64,000 nt of DNA from Alphaproteobacteria bacterium (lineage in GTDB: Bacteria; Pseudomonadota; Alphaproteobacteria; UBA828), in contig CAXXVO010000004.1 of the NCBI GenBank assembly GCA_963422645.2, positions 480,001-544,000 of the forward strand, given 5' to 3'. The stretch's first letter is position 1. Each line of letters starts with the position of its first letter. Shown here piece by piece: positions 10,504 through 19,656 of the stretch. The notes beneath the pieces are model-generated. The model was not told the origin of the DNA, did not search any database, and saw only the letters and a list, made by a program, of their open reading frames with translations. The position numbers and the translations under genes were made by a program.

Positions 10504-11280
10504 TTAGTGCACCAGCGTGCTCGCGGGCTGCACGGCGACCTGCATGCGCTCGAGCGTCGTTCGCACCGCGCTGACCACTTCGGTTGCGTTGGGGCCGTCG
10601 CCGTGGAGCAGGATCGCCTGCGCCTCGAACTCGAGGTCGGTGTCGTCCACCGTGCGCAGCTTGCTTTCCTCGACGAAGCGTTGGACCCGGTCGGCGATAT
10701 AAGCGGGGTCTCTGGCCTGCTTCACCCGCTCCACGATCAGCGAGCCGTCGGCGCGGTAGTCCAGGTCGATGCAGATTTCGTGGATGATGGGAATCCCTTC
10801 GCGCCCGGCGATTTCGTAGAAGCGGTGCCGCTCCAGCGGGGTCGGCCAGTAGAGCACCCAGGGCTCGCCCACGCTGTTGATCGCATCGACCATGGCGCCG
10901 CCGATCTTCTCGTCCCGCGCCAGCATCGGGTAGAGCGCGCCGTGAGGGACCAAGTGGTCGATGGTGGCCCCAACCGATGACGCGATCTGACGCAGCGCCC
11001 CGATCTGGTAGAGCGTGAGGCAGCGCGCCTCATCCGTGGAGATCTTCATCTCGCGCCGGCCGAAGCCGTTGACGTCCGGAAGACCCCAGTGCACGCCGAC
11101 GGCGACGTCGTTTTCCTTGGCGAGCGTCACCGTGCGCTCCATGTGCACCGGATCGCCCGCATGAAAGCCGCAGGCCACGTTGACCGAAGAGAGATGTGGG
11201 ATGATCTCGGCGTCGGCACCGAAGGAGTAGTTGCCGAAGCTCTCACCCACGTCGCTGTTGATGTCCATCGCTCGCTGCAT
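10504..11280 (-). CDS. pxpA: 5-oxoprolinase subunit A (LamB/YcsF)
   Basis: DINSDVGESFG, NVACGFHAGDP, PHGALY, LHGD. Confidence 0.88.
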   Translation of the reverse strand: MQRAMDINSDVGESFGNYSFGADAEIIPHLSSVNVACGFHAGDPVHMERTVTLAKENDVAVGVHWGLPDVNGFGRREMKISTDEARCLTLYQIGALRQIASSVGATIDHLVPHGALYPMLARDEKIGGAMVDAINSVGEPWVLYWPTPLERHRFYEIAGREGIPIIHEICIDLDYRADGSLIVERVKQARDPAYIADRVQRFVEESKLRTVDDTDLEFEAQAILLHGDGPNATEVVSAVRTTLERMQVAVQPASTLVH

Positions 11281-11305
11281 GTCATGTCCCCTGCGTTGCT
11301 CTTCG

Positions 11306-12319
11306 TCAGATGATGATGTCCGGGTCCGCGATCAGCGTTTCCTGCGCGGCGAGAGCCGCCACCGCGTCCTCGTGAGAGATGCGGGAGAAGCGGGTCTCCT
11401 CGAAGGGGCGGACCTGCCCGATGCGCGCCATGTCGGTGGAGATCACGACGGCGATCCGCGCATAGCCGCCGATGCTGGGCGAATCGACGCAGAGCACGAT
11501 CGGCTCGACCCCGGACGGCACCTGCACGGTGCCCACCGGCGCACCGGGATCGATCACGATGTTGGAGGGGTCCTTGCCCGCGTCCTCGATCAGGTAGTGC
11601 GGGCGTCCCGACTTGAAGGAGAGCTCCGGGCCAATGAAGCGCATCCCCGTGCGGTCCGCCTTGGGGTTGAGCTTCCAGTGGGTGGCGTAGAAGGCCTCGA
11701 CGCTGTCGGCGGTGAAGTGATGCTCCTCGGGCCCGGCGACCGTGCGCACCTGCATGGGCGGCGCGTAGCGGGGCACCAGGTCCGGCCGCAGCCGGCGCCC
11801 GGCGAGGTCCGCCACCGCTGCCGTCGCCGCGCCCACCGGCAGGCGGTCGTCCCTTGCGAGCGGGCGCCCCTCCAGCCCGCCGAAGCCGCCGCTGACATGG
11901 GTGGCGCGGCTGCCCCGGTAGGGCGGCACGTCGATGCCGCCGTGGACCGCGAGGTAGGCCCGCGCGCCGCTCAGCGCGAGGCCGCAGGCGAGCGTCTGGC
12001 CCTCGCGCAGCACGAAGCTCGCCCAGCAGGGTACCGCCTCGCCGTCCACCGTCGCGCCCGTGTCCGCGCCGGTGAGAGCCAGCACGTGGTCCTGAAGGGC
12101 CCTGAGCTTCAGCCGGCCGAGAGTCAGCTCCAGCCCTGCCGCGCCGGGGTCGTCGCGTATCAGCAGTGGCCCTCCCGGCGGGTTGCCGACGAGCAGATTG
12201 GCGATCCTGAGGGCGAAGCCGTCCTGAGCGCCGGAGGGAGGAATACCCAGAGCCTGGCCGCCGCGGCGCCCCATGTCCTGGACCGTGGTGCGCAGGCCGC
12301 CGTCGATGACCTCCAGCAT
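11306..12319 (-). CDS. pxpC: 5-oxoprolinase subunit C / AHS2 domain protein
   Basis: TTVQDMGR, ANLLVGN, GARAYLAVHGG, DRTGMRF, GGYARIA. Confidence 0.88.
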   Translation of the reverse strand: MLEVIDGGLRTTVQDMGRRGGQALGIPPSGAQDGFALRIANLLVGNPPGGPLLIRDDPGAAGLELTLGRLKLRALQDHVLALTGADTGATVDGEAVPCWASFVLREGQTLACGLALSGARAYLAVHGGIDVPPYRGSRATHVSGGFGGLEGRPLARDDRLPVGAATAAVADLAGRRLRPDLVPRYAPPMQVRTVAGPEEHHFTADSVEAFYATHWKLNPKADRTGMRFIGPELSFKSGRPHYLIEDAGKDPSNIVIDPGAPVGTVQVPSGVEPIVLCVDSPSIGGYARIAVVISTDMARIGQVRPFEETRFSRISHEDAVAALAAQETLIADPDIII

Positions 12320-13191
12320 CAGACCGGCTCCCACAGGCTATCGGGGTCGTGCCTCTCCGCCGGCTCCCCGATCTCGGCGAGCCACGACACATAGCCTGCG
12401 CAGTCAAAGGTGCCCTCCTCGACCCGGTACGCGTAGGTGCCGGCCTCCACCTCGGCGCGGATCGCGTCGTATTCCTCGCGCGCGATCGATTCGTAGCGGT
12501 GCCGGTCGCCGGCGCGGGCGAGCACCGGACCGTCGGCGAAGGCCGGGCTGAGCTCCCTGAGATCGAAGATTTCGATGGGCGTGCGGCCGAAGAGCTGCCC
12601 GCCGCCCGGTATCCGGATCGGATAGATGGTGGACGTGAGCCCCCCGAAATTAAGCAGCCTGGCATGGGTCCAGGTGCGGGGGGTGCGGTAGAGCGGCGCG
12701 CCGAAGCGCTTCCCGGGATCCATGGCGTAAGACATGAAGGCGCCGGGGACGAAGCCCACGCCGGTGACCCAGTAGTCGCAGCCGGTGTGGGTCTCGATCA
12801 CCTGCGCCACTGTCATGTCGTTGAACTCGGCGATGTACTCGATGTTGTTGCGCACGCCGAAGGCCTCGGCGCACTCGCGCGACCAGGGGTCGTCGTAGAG
12901 CGCCGGGATGATCACGCGCCGGCTCGGCAGCGTCTCCACCGTGTCCTGGGCGGCGATCAGTGCTTTCACGTGGGCGACGATATGGTCTCGGGTGGTTGCG
13001 AGCGGGTCGAAGACGAGGCCGAGGGTGCGTACCTGCGGATTGGTCTCGACCAGCCCCTTCGGTGCTTCCTCGCGGAGCGCGTGGTCCAGCGCGAGGATGC
13101 GGAAGTTGAGGGGAATGCTCGATTCGTCGCCGAACTCGACATTGATCGCGGTGTCGCCCAGTGTTTTGAAGACCGGCTCGTCGTAGACCAT
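12319..13191 (-). CDS. pxpB: 5-oxoprolinase subunit B / AHS1 domain protein
   Basis: LGDTAINVEFG, GFVPG, PGGGQLFGRTP; overlaps the pxpC start. Confidence 0.82.
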   Translation of the reverse strand: MVYDEPVFKTLGDTAINVEFGDESSIPLNFRILALDHALREEAPKGLVETNPQVRTLGLVFDPLATTRDHIVAHVKALIAAQDTVETLPSRRVIIPALYDDPWSRECAEAFGVRNNIEYIAEFNDMTVAQVIETHTGCDYWVTGVGFVPGAFMSYAMDPGKRFGAPLYRTPRTWTHARLLNFGGLTSTIYPIRIPGGGQLFGRTPIEIFDLRELSPAFADGPVLARAGDRHRYESIAREEYDAIRAEVEAGTYAYRVEEGTFDCAGYVSWLAEIGEPAERHDPDSLWEPV

Positions 13192-13283
13192 CTCACCCCG
13201 CCCATCCCACCCTGCCATCATGGGCACCCTGCGGGCTGCGTCAAACTGCCGGCACCGGCGGGGTTCGTGGGACTTCCCGTTGA

Positions 13284-13310
13284 AGTATGACCAACAATGT
13301 TGTACATACT
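13284..13310. promoter_or_regulatory. Palindromic operator between divergent pxpB and antitoxin genes
   Basis: AGTATGACCAACA-A-TGTTGTACATACT, 11/13 inverted match, AT-rich in a GC-rich background. Confidence 0.6.
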
Positions 13311-13366
13311 TGGCGGGAAGGGGCGTGCATGGTGTTCGTCGCTGCCGCAAATCGGGGAACAGGGTC

Positions 13367-13648
13367 ATGCCGACCAAGGTCTTCAAGGTTGCCGAAGCCC
13401 GTGCCAGCTTCTCGAGCCTCCTGGCGCGCGCCAAGGAAGGCGAGGAGATCATGATCACCAAGGGTAGCAAACCGCAGGCGCGCATAGTGCCGCCGGCCGA
13501 GGTCGGGCAGCGGGAAGCCGCGCCGCTCAAGCACCTCAATCTGCCCGACGATCTCTTCGACCGCGAGGATCAGGAGCAGGCCATGATCGACGCTGGTAGC
13601 TACAGCGATACCCTCGGCATTTGGCGCGGCCCGCCGAAGGCTTCGTGA
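13367..13648 (+). CDS. Phd/YefM-family antitoxin
   Basis: VAEARASFSSLLARAKEGEEIMITKGSKPQARIVP; GTGA overlap with the toxin. Confidence 0.85.
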   Translation: MPTKVFKVAEARASFSSLLARAKEGEEIMITKGSKPQARIVPPAEVGQREAAPLKHLNLPDDLFDREDQEQAMIDAGSYSDTLGIWRGPPKAS

Positions 13649-14022
13649 GACTGCTTCTCGATAGTCATGCCCTCTACTGGTGGGTCGCGGGCAGTCCGCG
13701 ACTGTCCGCGTCCGCCAGGGAGCTGATCCTGGATCGCGAGAACGCCCTGTTCATTAGCGCGGTTTCGATCTATGAGCTCGAGTGGAAGGCGCATCGCAGC
13801 CGCATCGCCCTGCCGCCGCAGGAGCTGCGGGCGGCGCTCAGGCGCAACGATGTCGAGGATCTTCCCATCACGCACGACCATGCCGAGTATGCGGCCCAGC
13901 TCGATTGGGATCACCGCGATCCGTGGAACCGCCTGCTCGCGGCCCAGACACGGCTGGAGAATTGCGCGCTGGTCTCGGTCGACGAGGTCTTCGACGCCAT
14001 CGGCGTCAATCGGCGGTGGTGA
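13645..14022 (+). CDS. vapC: PIN-domain VapC toxin
   Basis: LLLDSHALYWW, SAVSIYE, HRDPWNRLLAAQ, LVSVD. Confidence 0.85.
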   Translation: MRLLLDSHALYWWVAGSPRLSASARELILDRENALFISAVSIYELEWKAHRSRIALPPQELRAALRRNDVEDLPITHDHAEYAAQLDWDHRDPWNRLLAAQTRLENCALVSVDEVFDAIGVNRRW

Positions 14023-14075
14023 GGGGCGCTTCGTGCGCCTCGAAACTTACCGGGAAAGCAGTCAGTGAGCGGAAC

Positions 14076-14324
14076 ATGATTTGGGTCAACGTGACCGAGG
14101 CCAAGGCTCACCTCTCGCGTTTTCTCAAGCGCGTTGAACAGGGCGAAACGGTCGTCGTGTGCCGGCGCAACGTGCCGATCGCCGAAATTCGCTCGCTCCC
14201 CAAGCCGGCAAGCGAACCGCGCCCGGTCGGCATTGATCGCGGCATGACCATCCCGACTGCCTTCTTCGAACCGCTCCCCGATGAGCTGTTGGCGGCGTTC
14301 GAAGGCGGTGGCGAAGCTGAGTGA
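14076..14324 (+). CDS. Second Phd/YefM-family antitoxin with no downstream toxin
   Basis: VNVTEAKAHLSRFLKRVEQGETVVVCRRNVPIAEI...FFEPLPDELLAAFEG. Confidence 0.85.
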   Translation: MIWVNVTEAKAHLSRFLKRVEQGETVVVCRRNVPIAEIRSLPKPASEPRPVGIDRGMTIPTAFFEPLPDELLAAFEGGGEAE

Positions 14325-14337
14325 GTCTTTTTCTGTA

Positions 14338-14709
14338 TCAATGACCTTTCTTGCGCCCGGCGGGTGGCCAGGACTCGCCGCTGCCGGCCGTGGCAGGAGC
14401 AGTTTCAGCGTCGATCCAGGCGAGGTAGTCGGGATTGCCGCCTGTGATCGGGAGCGCGATCACGCAGGGGCAGGCGTAGCTGTGCAGCGCCTTGACCTTG
14501 GCTGTGAGCCGCTCGACGAGGCCGGCACGGGTCTTCGCCCAGAGCATCGCTTCGTCGCCTTCGCGCAGCGCGCCCTCCCACCAGTAGAAGGATGACACGG
14601 CCGGCACGATGTTGACCGACGCCGCAAGGCGCGCTTCGACCAGGGCGCGGCCGATGGCCTCGGCTTCGCCCCGGCTCGGGGCGGTCACGCAGACGGCGAC
14701 GTGCGTCAT
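14338..14709 (-). CDS. cutA: Divalent cation tolerance protein CutA
   Basis: LVEARLAASVNI, SFYWWEG, HSYACP, YLAWI. Confidence 0.9.
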   Translation of the reverse strand: MTHVAVCVTAPSRGEAEAIGRALVEARLAASVNIVPAVSSFYWWEGALREGDEAMLWAKTRAGLVERLTAKVKALHSYACPCVIALPITGGNPDYLAWIDAETAPATAGSGESWPPAGRKKGH

Positions 14710-14794
14710 CCCTTTGCCCTCTCTCGGGTTTCGTACGGTCGCCCGACGATACAGCATGTTGCGCGTGGCGGATGAGAAGCAGCCTGGATGATGA

Positions 14795-16342
14795 TCACGT
14801 TGCCGACAGAAGATCGCTGGCCCGTTCGGCAATCGCGACGATGGCCGCGTTGACCGGGCCCGTGGTGAGGCTCGGAAGGATCGATGCGTCGACAATGCGG
14901 AGCCCCGGCACGCCGGTGACGGAAAGGTCGGGGCGGACCACGGCGTCGCGGTCCCTTCCCATCCTGCAGGTGCCGACGGGGTGGTGGTGCGTGAAGGCGG
15001 CCTGCTCGATGAACGCCAACCGCGTGTCCTCGCTCGCGAGATCGCCGGGCTCCGGCAGCAGCTCTTCGCCGCGCCACGGTGCGTAGGCATCCGCTCCGCC
15101 GAGGCGCCGCGCCCAGTCGAGCGCTTCGAGAAGGAGCGAGCGGTCCTCCGCTTCGCTGAGGTAGGCGGGATCGATGATCGGCTTCGCGTGCGAGTCTGCC
15201 GAAGCAATGGTCAGATGACCGCGGCTGCGCGGGTGCGTGATGCCGAACATCAAGGTGTAACCTTCACCGGGTGCGGGCACGCGAATGTTGGCCGCGAGAG
15301 ACTCCGAGACCACGGGAAGCGTGACGCACGCCACCACAAGATCCGGCGCGTCTTCGGGCGTCTGCGCGCCCGCGTGGATGTAGGTGAGCGCTTCGGAGTG
15401 TTGCGTCGTGGTGGGCGGAAGCGCCTCCCGGGCGCGATACAGATTGCCGGCGGCAAGCAGATGATCCTGCAGGTTCCGCCCCACGCCCGGCACGTCGCGC
15501 CGGACCGTGATGCCGAGTGCCTTCAGCGCAGCGCCCGGACCCAGACCGGAGCGCATCAGTAAGGCAGGCGTACCGATCACCCCTGCGGCCAGCACGACGG
15601 CGCGGGAAGCGTCAAAGCGGTGGGCCGTGCCGCCCTCCAAGGCATGAACCCCGGTTGCACGGCCGGCATCGTCGAAAGCAAGCCGGTCGACGAGCAACCC
15701 TCTCCGCAGAGCAAGGTTCGGCCGGGCACGGACGGCGTCGGTCAGGTAAGCATCGGCGACGCTCTGACGCCGACCGTCAACGATCGTCAGTGTATTGAGC
15801 GCAGGCCCCGCCAGCTCCGGCCCATTGTGGTCGCGGATCGGTCGGAGCCCAAGCTCGACCCCGGCCCTGCAGTGGGCCCGGCTGAGCGGGTGCGGCCTCG
15901 CAGGCTGGCAGAGCCGCACCGGGCCCTCTCCGCCGTAGCCGTCCTCAGGCGCGAAGGGCGACGTTTCCGAGCGAATGAAATAGGGCCGCAGGCTCGCCCA
16001 GTCCCACCCCGTCGCGCCTGCCTCGGCCCAGCGGTCGAAGTCTCGGGGATGGCCGCGGACGTGCCCCATCGCATGCATTGCGCTGGACCCGCCCACCGCG
16101 CGCCCTCGCGGCCAGGGGTGCGCGCGCCCCGCCGTGGAGCACTGCGGAACGGTCGTGTACTGCCAATCGATCTCGGAGCCTTGCAGGAGAGGCCAGGCGG
16201 CGGGATCGGCGATGTTGGGGTTCTCGGGCTCTTCGCCTGCTTCCAGCAACAGGACGCGGAGGTCCGGCCCTTCGCTAAGCCGTGCGGCGAGCACGCAGCC
16301 GGCCGAACCGGCTCCGACGATGACGATGTCCGCCTCGGTCAT
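14795..16342 (-). CDS. GMC oxidoreductase, pyridoxine 4-oxidase-like
   Basis: GAGSAG, GGSSAMHAMGHVRGHP, QHSE and THHHPVGTCRMG resemble pyridoxine 4-oxidase signatures. Confidence 0.75.
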   Translation of the reverse strand: MTEADIVIVGAGSAGCVLAARLSEGPDLRVLLLEAGEEPENPNIADPAAWPLLQGSEIDWQYTTVPQCSTAGRAHPWPRGRAVGGSSAMHAMGHVRGHPRDFDRWAEAGATGWDWASLRPYFIRSETSPFAPEDGYGGEGPVRLCQPARPHPLSRAHCRAGVELGLRPIRDHNGPELAGPALNTLTIVDGRRQSVADAYLTDAVRARPNLALRRGLLVDRLAFDDAGRATGVHALEGGTAHRFDASRAVVLAAGVIGTPALLMRSGLGPGAALKALGITVRRDVPGVGRNLQDHLLAAGNLYRAREALPPTTTQHSEALTYIHAGAQTPEDAPDLVVACVTLPVVSESLAANIRVPAPGEGYTLMFGITHPRSRGHLTIASADSHAKPIIDPAYLSEAEDRSLLLEALDWARRLGGADAYAPWRGEELLPEPGDLASEDTRLAFIEQAAFTHHHPVGTCRMGRDRDAVVRPDLSVTGVPGLRIVDASILPSLTTGPVNAAIVAIAERASDLLSAT

Positions 16343-16480
16343 GCCTGCACCAAGAAACTCAATCCGGCCACGTCTTGTCTCGCGATCCACGCTGGCCCAA
16401 AAGAGTAGGTTTATCGCACACGGGCTGCACGATAAGAGAGGCCGTCAATCGCCACGCCGATACCCAAGGAGGAGAAGGTC

Positions 16481-17356
16481 ATGACCGATGCTGCCGCCTA
16501 CGAACCGCCACTTGTCTGGAAATGGGAACGCGAGAACGGCGGCGAGTTCGCCTCCATCAACCGACCCGTTTCAGGCGCGACGCATGAAGCGGAGCTGCCG
16601 CGCGGCAAGCATCCTCTCCAGCTCTATTCGCTCGCGACACCCAATGGCGTGAAGGTCACCGTCATGCTCGAGGAGCTGCTGGCGGCCGGGCACAGCGGGG
16701 CGGAGTACGACGCCTACGTCGTCGACATCCGGGACGGCTCCCAGTTCGGCTCGGGGTTCGTCGCGGTCAATCCGAACTCGAAGATTCCGACCCTGGTGGA
16801 TTACTCGCTGCCCGAGCCGACGCGGGTGTTCGAATCGGGTGCGATCCTGCTCTACCTGGCGGAGAAGCACGGCGCCTTTATCCCCGACGACCCGTCCGAG
16901 CGCGCCGAGTGCCTGTCATGGCTGTTCTGGCAGATGGGCTCCGCGCCCTATCTGGGCGGCGGCTTCGGTCATTTCTATGCCTATGCCCCTTACAAGATGG
17001 AGTATCCGATCGACCGCTTCACAATGGAGGTGAAGCGTCAGCTCGACGTCCTCGACAGGCGGCTGGCCGAGACCCGCTACGTGGCGGGAGATGCGTACAC
17101 GATCGCCGATATGGCGATCTGGCCGTGGTACGGCGTGCTGACCACCGGCAAGCTCTATGACGCGGCCGAGTTCCTCGCGGCGCAGGAGTATGGGAACGTC
17201 GTGCGCTGGTACGATGAGATCGCGGCGCGCGATGCGGTGATCCGCGGGCGCAAGGTCAACCGGATCAACGGCCCGCTGGAGGATCAGCTCCACGAGCGTC
17301 ACGACGCGTCCGACTTCGAGCTTCGGACGCAGGACAAGATCGAAGCGGCGAGTTAG
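16481..17356 (+). CDS. yghU: Glutathione-dependent disulfide-bond oxidoreductase (GST Nu class)
   Basis: YSLATPNGVKV, NPNSKIP, GGGFGHFYAYAP, ERHDASDF. Confidence 0.93.
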   Translation: MTDAAAYEPPLVWKWERENGGEFASINRPVSGATHEAELPRGKHPLQLYSLATPNGVKVTVMLEELLAAGHSGAEYDAYVVDIRDGSQFGSGFVAVNPNSKIPTLVDYSLPEPTRVFESGAILLYLAEKHGAFIPDDPSERAECLSWLFWQMGSAPYLGGGFGHFYAYAPYKMEYPIDRFTMEVKRQLDVLDRRLAETRYVAGDAYTIADMAIWPWYGVLTTGKLYDAAEFLAAQEYGNVVRWYDEIAARDAVIRGRKVNRINGPLEDQLHERHDASDFELRTQDKIEAAS

Positions 17357-17401
17357 ACGCCTGCTGTCGAAGTCCCCATTCCATAGAGCGTCACCACAGC
17401 A

Positions 17402-17487
17402 CGTCATGGCCGGGTTTGTCCCGGCCATCCACGTGTTTGCCCAGCGTGGGGCTGAGGGAGATGCCCGGAATAAATCCGGGCATGACG
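17402..17487. repeat. Alphaproteobacterial REP-like inverted doublet
   Basis: CGTCATGGCCGGGTTTGTCCCGGCCATC ... GATGCCCGGAATAAATCCGGGCATGACG; two inverted hairpin units between convergent genes. Confidence 0.8.
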
Positions 17488-17506
17488 AGTGAAGTGGCCG
17501 GACCGG

Positions 17507-18400
17507 TCACGTATCGCCGGGCACCGTGTCCTTGGGCAGGCTCTCGATGTGGGTGCAGATGTCGCGCGGGCGCGTCAGCCAGATGCGATCGCGCTGGGGC
17601 GCGATGTGCTCGAAGAAGCGGCGCAGATGATGCACGCGGTAGGGCCGCCCCATCACGAAGGGATGGAGCGAGATCGGGAACACCAGCGGCTGCCCCTCGC
17701 TCTGCGCCAGCATCTCGTCGAAGCCGTCGATCAGCATGTCCACGAACTCGCGCGCGGTGTGGCCATACCAGACGATACCGCGCGTGTCGTTGCACTCGAT
17801 CGGGTAGGGCATCGCCAGGATGCGGCCCGCGCGGGTCGTCATCCAGATCGGCTGGTCGTCGCAGGTCCAGTCCATGAAGTAGCGATAGCCCGCCTCCTGC
17901 AGCAGGTCGGGGGTGAGGGCGCTGTTGGAGAGCCAGGGGCTCATCCAGCCCGCCGGGCGGCTGCCTTCATGGCGCTCGATGGTCTCGGTGACCTCGGCGA
18001 TCAGCGCGGCCTCGGCCGCCTCGTCGAGGTGCTCCTGCATGTCCGAGTTGGTGATGCCGTGGCCCAGGATCTCGTGGCCGCGCCGCCTGAGAGCCTCGGG
18101 AATGTCGGGGCAGTGCTCGTAGACGCCGAGGTTCATCTGGGCTTCGATGGGCACGTCGAAGGCGTCGAAGAGCTCCAGCAAGCGCCAGATGCCGACCCGG
18201 TTGCCGTAGTCGCGCCACGAGAAGACGCTGTGGCTGTTCGCCTGGTCCGGCGGCGCAATGGCCGCGCCCTTGCCCTCGCCGAAGCTGAACTGCTCGATGT
18301 TGACCGCGACATAGACGGCGAGGCGCGTGCCGTTCGGCCAGTCATAGACCGGGCGCGCGGTGATATTGGAGTAGGGATAGCGACCGTGGGTGCGAATCAT
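17507..18400 (-). CDS. Polysaccharide deacetylase family (PuuE-like) hydrolase
   Basis: WPNGTRLAVYVAVNIE, DYGNRVGIWRL, ISLHPF. Confidence 0.85.
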   Translation of the reverse strand: MIRTHGRYPYSNITARPVYDWPNGTRLAVYVAVNIEQFSFGEGKGAAIAPPDQANSHSVFSWRDYGNRVGIWRLLELFDAFDVPIEAQMNLGVYEHCPDIPEALRRRGHEILGHGITNSDMQEHLDEAAEAALIAEVTETIERHEGSRPAGWMSPWLSNSALTPDLLQEAGYRYFMDWTCDDQPIWMTTRAGRILAMPYPIECNDTRGIVWYGHTAREFVDMLIDGFDEMLAQSEGQPLVFPISLHPFVMGRPYRVHHLRRFFEHIAPQRDRIWLTRPRDICTHIESLPKDTVPGDT

Positions 18401-18444
18401 GACGACTTGGGTCCTGTGCGCCGCCGTGGATAATCCCGGTATAC

Positions 18445-18792
18445 CTAGTCCTGCGCCGCAGCCTTGCCGACCGGATTGAAATCGTGCTCGCCCACGCCCT
18501 GAACCAGGGTCACGCGGCAGGCTCGGCCGTCCTTGCCGGAGACGCGGTGCGCGGTCATGGGCAGCACGACGCAGTGGTCGCCGGGTTCAAGCTCATGGCG
18601 GGCGCGCGGCGCCCGGGTCTCGATCACCACCCTTCCTTCGACGCCGACGAATACATCGGTAATGACCGTGTGGTAATGCCAGGGAACCTCCTCGCCCGCG
18701 CCGAGGGTCATGACCTGGACGCGCATGCCATCGGCTTCGGCGACGATGTCGTGGTCGGTGATCGTGTAGGGCAGGTCTTCGAGCGCCGTCAT
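18445..18792 (-). CDS. Cupin domain protein
   Basis: VPWHYHT...D...AHRV cupin motifs. Confidence 0.8.
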   Translation of the reverse strand: MTALEDLPYTITDHDIVAEADGMRVQVMTLGAGEEVPWHYHTVITDVFVGVEGRVVIETRAPRARHELEPGDHCVVLPMTAHRVSGKDGRACRVTLVQGVGEHDFNPVGKAAAQD

Positions 18793-18943
18793 GACGTGTT
18801 CCGATCGTCTGCAGTCCGGCTCGGATGGATCAACATAGCGGCTTCGGCGCCGCTTGTGGGTGAATTCGACAAGTGAGCTTAATGGCGTTCCTCAAAGCGA
18901 GGATCGCCGCAAGTGAACCGATGGAATACCGGGGAGGTGAACG

Positions 18944-19555
18944 ATGGCCATTCGTCAGATCGCAAGGATGGGGCACCCCGTCCTGCGCAGGAAGGCCGCT
19001 CCGGTCGAGGATCCCACGGACCCTGACATTGCCCGCCTCGCAGACGACATGCGCGACACGCTGGAATGGATCGGCGCCACGGGGATTGCGGCGCCGCAGG
19101 TCTACGACGGCCGGCGCGTCGTGGTTTATCGCATTCTGGCCGACCGCATTCCTCCCGGTGTCGCTCTCGAGCCCCTGCCGTGGACGGTGATGGTCAACCC
19201 CGTCGTCACGCCGCTGAGCGACGACGTGGGCCTGATCTGGGAACGCTGCCTCTCGTTGCCGGGCCTCCACGGCAAGGTGCCACGCTACAAGCAGGTCGAA
19301 ATCGTCTACCAGACGCTGGAAGGAGAGAGCCAACGGCGGGTCGTCGAGGATTGGCACGCGATGATCCTGCAGCACGAGTGCGATCACCTGGACGGCATCC
19401 TCTATCCCATGCGGATGACCGATCTTTCCTGCCTGGCGTTCAACGCCGAGCCCGGCGAGCTGGCGAGAGAAGCCGAGACGATGCCCGACCTAGACCCGGC
19501 GCTCCGCGCCATGGTGGACGCGTGGCCGGCGCGGGAGAAGTGGCTCGCGTCCTGA
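18944..19555 (+). CDS. def: Peptide deformylase
   Basis: GIAAPQV, ERCLS, QHECDHLDG. Confidence 0.9.
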   Translation: MAIRQIARMGHPVLRRKAAPVEDPTDPDIARLADDMRDTLEWIGATGIAAPQVYDGRRVVVYRILADRIPPGVALEPLPWTVMVNPVVTPLSDDVGLIWERCLSLPGLHGKVPRYKQVEIVYQTLEGESQRRVVEDWHAMILQHECDHLDGILYPMRMTDLSCLAFNAEPGELAREAETMPDLDPALRAMVDAWPAREKWLAS

Positions 19556-19656
19556 TGCGACTCTCTCTCGCTGCCGGGGCGTGGCACTGATCCATGGACA
19601 ATCCGGTCCGGGTAGGGCGAAGCTCCGCCGGACCGCACGACAGCAAAGGCCGTCTC

